In this document: piece by piece, positions 45,880-55,901 of the stretch
Layout of the letters: every line of letters starts with the position of its first letter
How positions within the stretch are numbered: position 1 is the stretch's first letter
From: Candidatus Methylomirabilia bacterium
GTDB lineage: Bacteria > Methylomirabilota > Methylomirabilia > Rokubacteriales > CSP1-6
Direction of reading: 5' to 3'
Assembly (NCBI GenBank): GCA_046758965.1
Contig: JBHIBG010000010.1
Location: 1 to 56,743, forward strand
DNA: 56,743 nt
Program-made: the position numbers and the translations under genes
The notes under the pieces: model-generated
Told to the model about the DNA's origin: nothing
Seen by the model: only the letters and a program-made list of their open reading frames with translations
Database searches by the model: none

Positions 45880-46971
45880 ATGCGTAAGGCGAAGATCATC
45901 GGGACCGGCATGGCGGTACCGGAGTGCGTGGTGGACAATCACCTCCTGGCTCGGTGCATGACGACTTCGGACGAGTGGATCTTTCAACGCAGCGGGATCC
46001 GGGAGCGGCGGGTTTCTCCGGACACATACCGGATGCTGCTCCGGATGGCTGAGGCCTCGGACAAGATCGGCTTCATGAACGAGATCCTTGCCAACGGGCT
46101 CGACGGAAAGATCGACTCCAGCCTGACGGTCTCCGACCTCGCCTTCGATGCCGCTCAGGTGGCGCTCAAGAACGCCGGGGTGACCATCCAGCAGATCGAC
46201 TGCATCGTCGAATCCTCCACCATCCCTGACTACGCTTTTCCCGGCACGGGCTGCGTCCTCCAGGGGAAGTTCGGGCTGACCTCTACCCCGGCCATCAACC
46301 TCCAGCAGGGGTGCGCGGGGTTCATCTACGCCCTGGCTGTAGCAGACCAGTTCATCCGAACGGGCCTCTATACCCGGACCCTGGTGGTGGGGGCGGAGCT
46401 GCTCTCCACCAGCTTCGACTACACTGACCGGGGACGCGACATGTCGGTGCTCTTCGCCGATGGCGCCGGATGCGTGGTCCTGGAGGCCGTGGAGGGCGGT
46501 CCGAGCGGGATCATCTCCCACCATCTCCACAGTGACGGAACCATTCTCGATGACCTGGCTGCCGAGCTGTTCGGATCCTCGACTTTTCCTCCGGTCTCCA
46601 AAAGGAAGATCGATGAGGATCGCGCGCGGCCGCGGATGAATGGCCGGAAGGTCTTCGTTCACGCGGTCCGGCGGTTCCGCGAAGTTGTCGCGAACTGTCT
46701 CAAGAGCAACGGGCTGACGGTCTCGGATGTCGACCTCTTCATCTTCCACCAGGCGAACATCCGGATCATCGAGGCCGTGGGCGAGGCGCTCAAGATCCCT
46801 CTCGAGAAGACCTATAACAACGTGGACCGGTACGGCAACACGGCTGCAGCCTCTGTGCCGATTTGCCTGCACGAAGCCCTCATGGCCGGGCGGATCCGGG
46901 AAGGGGATCTGATCCTCCTGGCGGCGTTCGGGACCGGCTTCTCCTGGGGCGCTTCTCTCCTCCGGTGGTAA
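45880..46971 (+). CDS. fabH: 3-oxoacyl-ACP synthase III family protein
   Basis: Catalytic triad QGCAG, FHQAN, YGNTA; GTGFSWG; carries an insertion of about 30 aa. Confidence 0.85.
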   Translation: MRKAKIIGTGMAVPECVVDNHLLARCMTTSDEWIFQRSGIRERRVSPDTYRMLLRMAEASDKIGFMNEILANGLDGKIDSSLTVSDLAFDAAQVALKNAGVTIQQIDCIVESSTIPDYAFPGTGCVLQGKFGLTSTPAINLQQGCAGFIYALAVADQFIRTGLYTRTLVVGAELLSTSFDYTDRGRDMSVLFADGAGCVVLEAVEGGPSGIISHHLHSDGTILDDLAAELFGSSTFPPVSKRKIDEDRARPRMNGRKVFVHAVRRFREVVANCLKSNGLTVSDVDLFIFHQANIRIIEAVGEALKIPLEKTYNNVDRYGNTAAASVPICLHEALMAGRIREGDLILLAAFGTGFSWGASLLRW

Positions 46972-47059
46972 GCCCGCCTCCCCCGGCGAGGCCGATCGGG
47001 TGCAGCCCCGTCGGCTGCGCCATCGCGTAAACATGGAAGTATCAGGAAGTATCAGGGTG

Positions 47060-48184
47060 ATGGCGACGCCGGTCAGGGAGTGGGTGCGGAAGCTCTGGCG
47101 TCGGGGCCCCACCAAGAGTGCGCTCGCTCTGGCCGGAGGGGGCGTCATCGGCGGGATGTACGAGGTGGGAGCGCTGGCGGCCCTGGAAGAATCTCTCCCC
47201 GGCTTCAAGGCCACCAACTTTGACATTTACGTAGGCTCCAGCGCTGGCGCTGTGGTGGCGACGCTGGTGGCCAACGGAGTCAGCCCTCTCGAGCTGTATC
47301 AGATCCTGGACCAGGGACTCCCGGATCCGATGAACTTTGAGCAGAGCGCAGTCTACGACCGGCACGCCGTGGTGCAAGCCGCACGGAGGTTCCTGAGGCT
47401 TGTCTGGGCCGTCGGCAGCAGGCACGTCGTGGCCCGGTTCCGGAGCTCGGTCCCGGACCTCCTCTCCAAAGCTCAGGGGGAGCTTCCGCCCGGATTTTTT
47501 TCCCTCGAACAGCTCGAGGAGTACATCCGCCGGACGCTCGAGGCCAAAGGGCTTTCCAACGACTTCCGGAGTCTCGCCCGGGTCCTGCTTATCCCGGCGG
47601 TGGACTTGGACCGCGCTGAGCGGGTGGTCTTCGGTCTCGGCGAGCTGGCGGCGGTCCCTATTTCTCAGGCCGTCGCGGCGTCTTCGGCGATTCCTGGCTT
47701 CTTCGAGCCCTATACGGTCAACAACCGCGACCACGTGGATGGCGGGGTCGGGCACACGGTTCATGCCGACCTGGCTATCCAGGCAGGTGCCGAACTCGTG
47801 GTGGTGGTGAACCCGTTGGTGCCGGTAGTGCAAGAGGGCGAGGAGGGTCAGACGCCCATGAAGCAGCAAGGCCTCTATTCGATCATGGAGCAGTCCAGCC
47901 GGATTATCAATCAGCGACTGTTCGACATGGGCCTTCGCGAGCTTAAGGCCAGCCACCCGAAAGTGGAGCTGTTCATCCTCCAGCCCGACGGCAGGGAGTC
48001 GCCCCTCTTCGGCCCCTCGATGGGCTTCGCCGCCAGCCGCGCGGCTCTGCGCTTTGGTCACACCTTCACCAAAGAGTGGCTCGCCTCCCAGGGCGCCACC
48101 CTCACGCGACGCTTTGCGTTGGAGGAACTCACTCTCGCCGACAGATCCTCCTCCAGTGGGTCTGCTTCCGCTGCGGCAAGCTAG
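47060..48184 (+). CDS. Patatin-like phospholipase
   Basis: ALAGGG, GSSAG, ASSAIPG, DGG; start uncertain. Confidence 0.88.
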   Translation: MATPVREWVRKLWRRGPTKSALALAGGGVIGGMYEVGALAALEESLPGFKATNFDIYVGSSAGAVVATLVANGVSPLELYQILDQGLPDPMNFEQSAVYDRHAVVQAARRFLRLVWAVGSRHVVARFRSSVPDLLSKAQGELPPGFFSLEQLEEYIRRTLEAKGLSNDFRSLARVLLIPAVDLDRAERVVFGLGELAAVPISQAVAASSAIPGFFEPYTVNNRDHVDGGVGHTVHADLAIQAGAELVVVVNPLVPVVQEGEEGQTPMKQQGLYSIMEQSSRIINQRLFDMGLRELKASHPKVELFILQPDGRESPLFGPSMGFAASRAALRFGHTFTKEWLASQGATLTRRFALEELTLADRSSSSGSASAAAS

Positions 48185-48235
48185 CGTTCTTGCTGGGACC
48201 GGAGAGGCTGGCTCAAGGTAGCCTCCTGCTTCATC

Positions 48236-48976
48236 ATGACACCCTATCTGTGGAGCCTGGTCCTGGGCACGGTCGCGGGCGCGGCGGACCTCCTCGGAGC
48301 GCTCGTCCTGACCCGGAAGGCGCACTGGGACCGGTCGTTCCTCAAGTACTCCCTCGCGATGGGAGCCGGGTTCATGCTGGCCACGGCCTTCATCCGCATG
48401 CTCCCGGAGTCGATGGAGAAGCTCCCGCACGCCTTTCTCTTCGTCCTCGTCGGCTACTTCGGGATCCACCTCTTCGAACACACCGTGGCGCCCCACTTCC
48501 ACTTCGGTGAGGAGGAGCATCGCGAGGCGCTGATCGAGCCCTCGGTGGGGTACCTGGCGGTCCTGGGAGTCGGCGTTCATACCCTCTTCGACGGGGTCAC
48601 CATCGCGTCGGGCTTTCTGATCGCTCCCTCCTTGGGCCTCCTGCTCTTCGTGGCAGTCCTGCTCCACAAGCTGCCCGAAGGGTTCACCATCGCCTCGGTG
48701 ATGTTGGCCGCTGGGCGCAGTCGTGCTGCGGCGACGGGTGCCGCCGCGATCCTCGGGGGCTCCACCATTGTCGGAGTCCTGCTCACGGCGCTGTTCTCGC
48801 AGTACGTCGGCTATGCTCTGGCGCTGTCCGCGGGGGTAACCATCTACGTGGCTGCCTCGGACCTCATCCCCGAGGTCAACCGGGAGCGAGATCCGAGGGT
48901 GGCCTGGGCCGTGTTTGGAGGGCTACTGTTGTTTGCGGCGGCAGACTGGATGGTCTCGTCGCTCGGCTTCCACTAA
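48236..48976 (+). CDS. ZIP family metal transporter
   Basis: HTLFDG, HKLPEG, His-rich loop PHFHFGEE, YVAASDLIPE. Confidence 0.9.
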   Translation: MTPYLWSLVLGTVAGAADLLGALVLTRKAHWDRSFLKYSLAMGAGFMLATAFIRMLPESMEKLPHAFLFVLVGYFGIHLFEHTVAPHFHFGEEEHREALIEPSVGYLAVLGVGVHTLFDGVTIASGFLIAPSLGLLLFVAVLLHKLPEGFTIASVMLAAGRSRAAATGAAAILGGSTIVGVLLTALFSQYVGYALALSAGVTIYVAASDLIPEVNRERDPRVAWAVFGGLLLFAAADWMVSSLGFH

Positions 48977-49141
48977 TTGCGTGCGTGCTCACTCGCTCGT
49001 CCCGATGGATGCGGGCGTGTCAGGTCCGGTTTGGACGGGACCGGAGTTGCTGCACCGGAGGCGACGGTGTATGCTCGTTGCCGCCAGGAAGCTTGTCGGA
49101 GCGTTTGACGTGAGCGCCTCTGCAGAGATCGAGGGCGGACA

Positions 49142-49591
49142 GTGAAGAAGGCGATCTTGGTCCTCCACGGGCCGAACCTGAACCTGCTGGGTACGCGGCA
49201 GCCTGAGATCTACGGCCGTCTGACGCTGGCCCAGGTGGATCGCGAGATCCAGCGGCACGGCCGGCGCCGCGGCGTGCGGGTGCAGTGTCGCCAGTCCAAC
49301 CACGAAGGTGAGCTGATCGATGCCATCCAGGCGGCGGAACGGCAGGGATTCGGCGCCATCGTGTGCAACCCCGGCGCCTTCACCCACTATTCCTTGGCGC
49401 TGAGGGACGCGGTCGCCGCCGTCCGCATTCCCGTCATCGAAGTCCACCTCTCCAACATCCACGCCCGCGAGGGTTTCCGGCGCTCCTCGGTCATCGCTCC
49501 CGTTGCGCGCGGGCAGATATCCGGTTTTGGTCTCCAGAGCTATCTCCTCGGCCTTGAGGCGGCGCTCGTAGCGATGGAGGGGAATCGGTGA
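49142..49591 (+). CDS. aroQ: Type II 3-dehydroquinate dehydratase
   Basis: [37 protein letters not shown]. Confidence 0.96.
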   Translation: MKKAILVLHGPNLNLLGTRQPEIYGRLTLAQVDREIQRHGRRRGVRVQCRQSNHEGELIDAIQAAERQGFGAIVCNPGAFTHYSLALRDAVAAVRIPVIEVHLSNIHAREGFRRSSVIAPVARGQISGFGLQSYLLGLEAALVAMEGNR

Positions 49592-49728
49592 CTGCGGCCG
49601 CGCCCGTATCGCGCCACCGTTGCTCCTGCCCTACCGAGCCGTTGTTATTTGAGCGATATCAAATGGCTGTCCGCCGGGGCGGCGCCGTGCCGATCGTCGC
49701 CGTCGCGGTCAGGCCCAGATAGCGTGCC

Positions 49729-51252
49729 ATGAACGAAGAACGATATTGGAAAGAGCGGGCCCGGCTGGAGCAGGGCCACGTCAAGTACCGCGCCAAGCTT
49801 AAGGAAGAAGGGAAGCTGTTCGTCCGGGACCGGCTCAAGCTTCTGATGGATCCCGGCAGCGACCTCGAAGAGGACTGGCTCTTCGCCCGGAGCCAGGAGC
49901 CCGACACCCCCGCCGATGGCGTGGTGACTGGAGTGGGGACCGTCGGCGGGCGGACTGTCTGCATCATGGCGAACGACTACACCGTCAAAGCCGGCTCCTG
50001 GGGGGAGAAGACGGTCCAGAAGATCGTCCGGATCCAGGAGAAGGCTGCTCGGCTGCAGGTGCCGCTCTTCTACCTGGTGGATGCCGCGGGCGGCCGCATC
50101 TCGGAGCAGATCAAGATCTTTCCGGGCCGGTTCCACGCCGGGCGGATCTTCTACAATGAGGTTCAGCTCTCCGGCGTCGTTCCTCAGGTCTGCATCCTCT
50201 TCGGTCCCTCCCCCGCGGGCTCGGCGTATCTTCCGGCTCTGACGGACCTCGTCATCATGGTGGACGGCAAGGCCTCGCTCTACGTCGGCTCCCCCCGGAT
50301 GGTCGAGATGGCGATCGGGGAGAAAGTCACCCAGGAGGAGCTGGGCGGGGCCCGCATGCACTGCTCGGTCTCGGGGTGCGGAGATATCCTGGCGGCCTCG
50401 GATGAGGACGCCATCGAGATCGCCAAGCGCTACCTGGCGTATATGCCCCAGAACTGCCGGGAGCGCCCTGCGACGACAGAGGCCGTGGAGCCCAAGCCGG
50501 GCCGCGCCATCGACGAGATCGTCCCGTATGACCAGCGGAAGTACTTCGACATGTACGAAGTCATTGACCGCATCATCGACCAGGGCTCGTGGGTCGAGGT
50601 CAAGCGCCTCTTCGCCCCGGAGGTGATCACAGGTCTGGCCCGGCTCGGTGGCCGCGTGGTCGGCATCGTGGCCAACCAGCCGCGCGTGAAGGGAGGAGTT
50701 CTCTTCGTGGACTCCTCTGACAAGGCGGCCAAGTTCATCTGGCTCTGCAACGCCTACAACATTCCCCTCGTCTACCTGGCGGATATCTCCGGCTTCATGG
50801 TGGGGACCAAGGTGGAGCGTGCCGGGATCATCCGGCACGGCGCGAAGATGATCTTTGCCACGGCGCAGGCGACCGTGCCGAAGATCTGTGTCGTGGTCCG
50901 CAAATGCTATGGGGCGGGACTCTACGCCATGTGCGGGCCCGCGTACGAGCCGGACGCCGTGCTGGCGCTCCCCCAGGCCCAGATCGCCATCATGGGGCCG
51001 GAGCCGGCGGTGAATGCCGTTTACTACAACAAGATCATGGAGCTCCCCGAGGCCGAGCGGGCGGCGTTCGTGCAGGCCAAGCGCGAGCAGTTTCAGGCGG
51101 ATATCGACATTTACAAGATGGCTTCGGAGATGCTGGTGGACGAGATCGTGCCCGGCTCCCAGCTCCGAGCCGAGCTGATCAACCGTCTCACTTACGCTGA
51201 GTCAAAGCAGGCCGAGTTCCCGCCTCGCCACAACGGCGTCTACCCTGTCTGA
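49729..51252 (+). CDS. Acyl-CoA carboxylase carboxyltransferase (beta) subunit
   Basis: PADGVVTG, AGSAYLP, LGGARMH, GFMVG, YGAGLYAM. Confidence 0.92.
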   Translation: MNEERYWKERARLEQGHVKYRAKLKEEGKLFVRDRLKLLMDPGSDLEEDWLFARSQEPDTPADGVVTGVGTVGGRTVCIMANDYTVKAGSWGEKTVQKIVRIQEKAARLQVPLFYLVDAAGGRISEQIKIFPGRFHAGRIFYNEVQLSGVVPQVCILFGPSPAGSAYLPALTDLVIMVDGKASLYVGSPRMVEMAIGEKVTQEELGGARMHCSVSGCGDILAASDEDAIEIAKRYLAYMPQNCRERPATTEAVEPKPGRAIDEIVPYDQRKYFDMYEVIDRIIDQGSWVEVKRLFAPEVITGLARLGGRVVGIVANQPRVKGGVLFVDSSDKAAKFIWLCNAYNIPLVYLADISGFMVGTKVERAGIIRHGAKMIFATAQATVPKICVVVRKCYGAGLYAMCGPAYEPDAVLALPQAQIAIMGPEPAVNAVYYNKIMELPEAERAAFVQAKREQFQADIDIYKMASEMLVDEIVPGSQLRAELINRLTYAESKQAEFPPRHNGVYPV

Positions 51253-51311
51253 AAGTTGACGGCGGTCGATCGGGCACGGGCCGGAGGCAGGACGCTGTGT
51301 CCGTCCACTGC

Positions 51312-52667
51312 CTACCGGTAGGATTTTCCCGACAACTGGCCGACGTACCTCAGGATGGCGTGACCGGTGCGGTCGATCAGCTCGTTCAGATCGGGCTTGC
51401 CGTCCTTCCCGGGCCTCGCGTAGATTCCCGAGGTATTGAAGATGAGGTACTTGGCCCCGCCCCTCTCCCTCACCGCGGCGAAGCGCTCGGCCTCGAAGCG
51501 GTCGTCAGGCGCCAGGAGGTAGGGGTTGTACCAGGCCTCGTTCTTGAGCTTGCCGATCTCGGTCGGGTCCACGGTGGCTCCGGGCTGCACCATGAACTCC
51601 CCCTTGCGCAGGATCTCGAGCGCCTTGTCCGTGTCCAGTTCTTCCATGTACGGGCTCACGTCGTCGCGACGGAGGAGGATCATGAGGTTGACCGGGGTGC
51701 GGTACGTCATCGGGGAGATCTCGGCCGGATTGATCAGGACCCGAGAGTTGGGAATCTTGTTGTACATTCGCCGTCCGTTCACCGTGGGGACATTCTCGGC
51801 TGGGGAGCGCTCGAAGATCTCGAACTGCTGGCGCATCACCGGATCCTCTTGCACGAGCGACACGTCATTCCCGGCCTCTGGGTTGTCCTTGACCACGTTC
51901 GAGCGCACATAAATGTAGCGCTCCGAGGGGTTGGCGATGAACTTGTCCCCTTCCTGCTCGATGTAGACCCAGTCGTCGGAGTTGATCTTCCCGTATCGCG
52001 CCAGCCAGTTGGTGTAGGTGGACTTCCCCGTCCCGGTCGGCGCGATGATGACCACCCCCACCCCGTCGATCTCCACGCACGCGCCGTGGCACGAGTGGAT
52101 CTTGAAGTCCGCGAGCCCGACGCCCGCCGCGCCGAGCGCCCAGCTCTTGCACTGCCCGTAGTAGTCGGTATTGAGGAAGACGATCTGACGGTTCTCCGGG
52201 CAGAAGTAGGCGGAGGCCGTCGGCTTGAGCGCCTCTCGATCGGCAGGGTCGGTCAGGTCCCTGGTCGGGTCCAGCGCCGCCCGGAGGGTGATGGGGGCCT
52301 TCCCCAGGCGCCGCTCCACTTCGTGCAGATCTCCCAGATACCAGTTCTGTCCCCAGAAGTTCGCCAGGTGGGCGGAGTTGGTCCTGAGGTGGATCGGCAT
52401 GCCGCTGATAAGGGCCACCAGGTCGTAGATCCGGCGGCTCTTCGCGAAGATGTCCTCGGCTTGTTCGATGAGTTCGTTGATCTTCTTGAGAGGGGCGTGT
52501 TTGTCGTTCACAGGGGTGCGCGCGGTCACGACGGTGTGCCAGCTGTATCGCTCAGGTGCGATGGGCCGCTCTGGATCCGCCGGGTTCCAGAAGGTAGTGG
52601 GGTTCGGGACGCGCCGGAAGGCGCCCTTGCCGTCGTGGAAGACAACTGGAACCTGATATTCCTCCAT
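51312..52667 (-). CDS. Divergent PEPCK/HPr-kinase-superfamily P-loop protein (451 aa)
   Basis: GAGGAGG RBS; motifs YYGQCKS, CHGAC, APTGTGKST, NSDDW, ENV, NSR, FNTSG collinear with ATP-PEPCK motifs. Confidence 0.7.
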   Translation of the reverse strand: MEEYQVPVVFHDGKGAFRRVPNPTTFWNPADPERPIAPERYSWHTVVTARTPVNDKHAPLKKINELIEQAEDIFAKSRRIYDLVALISGMPIHLRTNSAHLANFWGQNWYLGDLHEVERRLGKAPITLRAALDPTRDLTDPADREALKPTASAYFCPENRQIVFLNTDYYGQCKSWALGAAGVGLADFKIHSCHGACVEIDGVGVVIIAPTGTGKSTYTNWLARYGKINSDDWVYIEQEGDKFIANPSERYIYVRSNVVKDNPEAGNDVSLVQEDPVMRQQFEIFERSPAENVPTVNGRRMYNKIPNSRVLINPAEISPMTYRTPVNLMILLRRDDVSPYMEELDTDKALEILRKGEFMVQPGATVDPTEIGKLKNEAWYNPYLLAPDDRFEAERFAAVRERGGAKYLIFNTSGIYARPGKDGKPDLNELIDRTGHAILRYVGQLSGKSYR

Positions 52668-52716
52668 TTCTCCTCCTCGCGTGGGGCAGACAACCCGTAG
52701 AAGCGCAGACACCCCG

Positions 52717-52746
52717 ACTTTATCCGGGCCCGATGGCCGAAGTCAA
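52717..52746 (-). promoter_or_regulatory. Possible sigma70 promoter for the PEPCK-like gene
   Basis: TTGACT-N18-TAAAGT on the minus strand, about 50 nt upstream of the ATG. Confidence 0.4.
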
Positions 52747-52836
52747 CCCACCGCTCGCCTTGCCGGCCGCATGCGTCTTCGGGTACCATTGGGCTGTGTT
52801 GAATCCCGAGGTTCGTGATCGCGCACGTTCCTTCCG

Positions 52837-53589
52837 GTGCTTGGCGGGCTGATCACCGCAGTTCGATTCCTCACCATCGTCCCGGTTCCCGGCAGGGGCC
52901 TGGACGGCCCCGACGCTCTGGGCCGGGCGGCGATCTGGTTTCCCCTTGTCGGCGTTACTCTCGGGCTCGCGCTGGCGGCAGCCGACCGGCTGCTCCTGTG
53001 GCTCTTCCCTCCACTCCTGTCGGCGCTTCTCGCCTTGACCGCGTGGAAGCTCCTGACGGGCGGCATCCACCTTGACGGGCTCGCCGATTCTCTGGATGGC
53101 CTGGCCGCCGCGGACCCCGAGCGAGCGCTGGCCGTGATGCGGGACAGCCGGATCGGCGCCTTCGGAGCCCTGGGCCTGATCCTCCTGCTCCTGCTGGCAC
53201 TCGTCTCGCTGGCCGAGCTTCCCCCCGCGACCCGTGGCCAGACCCTTCTGCTGGCTCCGATGGTGGGCCGTTACGCGCCCCTCCTGTTGGCCCGGGGTTA
53301 TCCTCCGGCCTCCCCCAATCGGGGCTCTGGTGCGGCCTTCATCCAGGCGGTGTCTCGTGCCTCCGTCCTCGGCGCCGCCGCCATGGTCGCCCTTGTGGCG
53401 GGAGCGGTCCTGTGGCCCTACGGGTTGATCACAGCCGCCGCGGGGCTCGGCGTCGCGTGGCTCATCGGCGCCTTTCTCTCTCGGCGCTTCGGCGGGTTGA
53501 CCGGCGACGGGCTCGGCGCGGCGGTGGAGCTTGCAGAGCTGGGCGTCTTGCTCACCGGCGTGGCTCTCTCCCGCCTCCCTTGGCCCTGA
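52837..53589 (+). CDS. cobS: Adenosylcobinamide-GDP ribazoletransferase (cobalamin synthase)
   Basis: FLTIVP, FPLVG, TGGIHLDGLADSLDG, MRDSRIGAFG, GGLTGDGLGA. Confidence 0.95.
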   Translation: MLGGLITAVRFLTIVPVPGRGLDGPDALGRAAIWFPLVGVTLGLALAAADRLLLWLFPPLLSALLALTAWKLLTGGIHLDGLADSLDGLAAADPERALAVMRDSRIGAFGALGLILLLLLALVSLAELPPATRGQTLLLAPMVGRYAPLLLARGYPPASPNRGSGAAFIQAVSRASVLGAAAMVALVAGAVLWPYGLITAAAGLGVAWLIGAFLSRRFGGLTGDGLGAAVELAELGVLLTGVALSRLPWP

Positions 53590-54197
53590 TGCCCTTCACC
53601 TTCCTCTACCTGATCCGCCACGGCCGGGTCGTCGGGGCGGAAACGCCCCGATTCATCGGCCACATGGATCCTCCCCTGTCCTCCGAGGGGGAGGCCGGAA
53701 TCAGCGCCCTTGCCGCCCGGCTTGCCTCCGTCCGCCTCCAAGCGGTGTACTCCAGCGACCTCGTACGGGCTCGCCGAAGCGCTGAGCTCATCGGAGCGCC
53801 TCACGGGTTGGCACCCCGTGTTGTGCCGGCGCTGCGTGAGATGGCCATGGGGCGATGGGAGGGGCTCACCGCCGAGGAGATCGAATCCGGCGAGCCCCAG
53901 GCGTTCAGGGAGTGGATGGCCCGCGTCGGCGAGTTCCCCTTTCCCGATGGCGAGAGCGTGCCCGAGCTCGTGGCTCGGGTCTGGCCGGCCGTTGAGAGCA
54001 TTGTGGGCGCCCACTCGGGGGAACGCGTGGCGCTCGTGGCTCACGGGGGAACTAACCGGACGATCCTCTGCCGCGCACTCGGGCTTCCGTTGGGGCGACT
54101 ACTGACCCTCGGGCAGGACTATGGGGCCTGCTCTCTCCTCGAATGGACGGGGGCCCGGTGGCGGCTCCATTGGCTGAACCAGACAGAGTCCGTGTGA
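53589..54197 (+). CDS. cobC: Histidine phosphatase, probable alpha-ribazole phosphatase
   Basis: LIRHG, YSSDLVRA, LREMAMGRWEG, VAHGG; translationally coupled to cobS. Confidence 0.8.
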   Translation: MPFTFLYLIRHGRVVGAETPRFIGHMDPPLSSEGEAGISALAARLASVRLQAVYSSDLVRARRSAELIGAPHGLAPRVVPALREMAMGRWEGLTAEEIESGEPQAFREWMARVGEFPFPDGESVPELVARVWPAVESIVGAHSGERVALVAHGGTNRTILCRALGLPLGRLLTLGQDYGACSLLEWTGARWRLHWLNQTESV

Positions 54198-54229
54198 GAG
54201 CTCGCGCGGTGAGGCCAGGAGGAGCCTGG

Positions 54230-55789
54230 TTATGGGCGCATGCCGCGTGCCTTGGGGCCCAGGCGGGTAGATTCAAGTTCGTAGGCTACGGGTACCCAAT
54301 CGCAGAGGAGCGGCCGGGTATCGCGTGGATCAATGATCTCCTCAATCCCGAAGGCCTCAGCGGTCCTGAACGGCGAGCGCAGCCGGTTGAGGCGCTCTTC
54401 AATCTCCTTCATCTGCTGTTCACGGTCAGCCGCGGCCAGCAGCTCCCGCTTGTATGCGGCCTCGATGCCACCCTCCAGCGGGAGCGAGCCCCAGTCGCCA
54501 GACGGCCAGGCATAACGGAGGTTGAGGCCCTGGACATTGCCGTGGCCGGCCCCGGCCACGCCATAGACGCGTCGTACAATGATGGAGACCCACGGCACCG
54601 TGGCCTGGTAGACGGAAGCCAGGGCGCGCACGCCCTTCTTGATCGTTCCCGCCCGTTCGGCCGCCACTCCGATCAGAAAACCGGGCTGGTCCACGAAATT
54701 CACCACAGGCAGATGGAAGGTGTCGCAGAGGTCTACGAAGCGAGTGAGTTTCTCCGATGCGGCAGCCGTGAGGGCGCCGCCGTGGAAGATGGGATCGTTG
54801 GCCAGCACCCCCACGGGGTAGCCATCCAGCCGGGCCAGCGCCGCAACGAGAGACCGCCCGTAGTCGGGCTGAACCTCGAAGAGCGAGTCCCGGTCCAGCA
54901 CGTGGGCCAGCAGCTTCCGAACCTCGTAGACCTGGCGGCGGCTCCGCGGGATGATGGAGAGCAGCTCCGGGTCACGGCGCTTCGGGTCGTCGGCGAGCGT
55001 CCCACGCGCGGGGAGCTCCCAGACATTTTGGGGGAGGTAGGAGAGGAAGGTCTGGATCTGACGGAACGCATCTTTCTCGCTGTCGGCCTCGTTGTCTACC
55101 GCACCACTTTCGTGGACGTGGATTTCGGAGCCCCCCAGGCTCTCCTTGTCCACGTCCTCCCCGATCCCGCGCAGGACCACGGGAGGGCCGGCGACGAAGA
55201 GCTGGGAGGTGCCCTGGACGATGACAGAGAAATGGGAGCAGCTCACGCGCGCCGCTCCCAAGCCCGCCACCGGCCCCAGAGCCGCGGCCATCACGGGAAT
55301 CTCCGACAGCGCGGCCGTGATGATGTCCCAGGCGGGGTTTCCCGGCACGTAGGTCCGCCCCATCTGCTCGTAGCTCTTGACGCTCCCGCCGCCTCCAGTG
55401 CCGTCCACCAACCGGATCAGGGGGAGCCTTAGCTCCCGGGCCATGCGCTCGCTGTAGATCTGCTTCTCTTTGATGGCCGCATCCGCAGCGCCTCCCCTGA
55501 CCGTGAAGTCGTCACCTCCCACCACGACGCGCCGCCCGTTGATCCGTCCCGTTCCCATGACGAAGTTGGCGGGCCGGAAAGCAACAAGGTGGCCGTCTTC
55601 GTAGGTGGCGTGCCCGGCTAGAGCCCCGGTTTCGTGGAACGAGCCGGGGTCGAGCAGGCTCTCGATCCGCTCTCGGACGGTGAGCCGCCCTGACTGATGC
55701 TGGCGTGCGATGTTCTCCTTGCCGCCCATCTCGCGCGCCAGCTCTAAGCGCCGCTTCATCTCGCCGAGCTCTCTCTCCCAGGACATCAT
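54230..55789 (-). CDS. Second acyl-CoA carboxylase carboxyltransferase subunit
   Basis: GRLTVRERI, DDFTVRGG, FVAGPPVV, LGGSEIH, DQPGFLIG, IIDPRDTR. Confidence 0.9.
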   Translation of the reverse strand: MMSWERELGEMKRRLELAREMGGKENIARQHQSGRLTVRERIESLLDPGSFHETGALAGHATYEDGHLVAFRPANFVMGTGRINGRRVVVGGDDFTVRGGAADAAIKEKQIYSERMARELRLPLIRLVDGTGGGGSVKSYEQMGRTYVPGNPAWDIITAALSEIPVMAAALGPVAGLGAARVSCSHFSVIVQGTSQLFVAGPPVVLRGIGEDVDKESLGGSEIHVHESGAVDNEADSEKDAFRQIQTFLSYLPQNVWELPARGTLADDPKRRDPELLSIIPRSRRQVYEVRKLLAHVLDRDSLFEVQPDYGRSLVAALARLDGYPVGVLANDPIFHGGALTAAASEKLTRFVDLCDTFHLPVVNFVDQPGFLIGVAAERAGTIKKGVRALASVYQATVPWVSIIVRRVYGVAGAGHGNVQGLNLRYAWPSGDWGSLPLEGGIEAAYKRELLAAADREQQMKEIEERLNRLRSPFRTAEAFGIEEIIDPRDTRPLLCDWVPVAYELESTRLGPKARGMRP

Positions 55790-55901
55790 CTCCTGCCCCC
55801 CTCGGACCACAGCTTAAGGGGTTCCGGCACCTCATCGCAACTCGGGCCCGACCGGAGGTCTTGGGGAGGGGAGTGGTACACTGGCGCGGAGAGGGGCCTG
55901 T

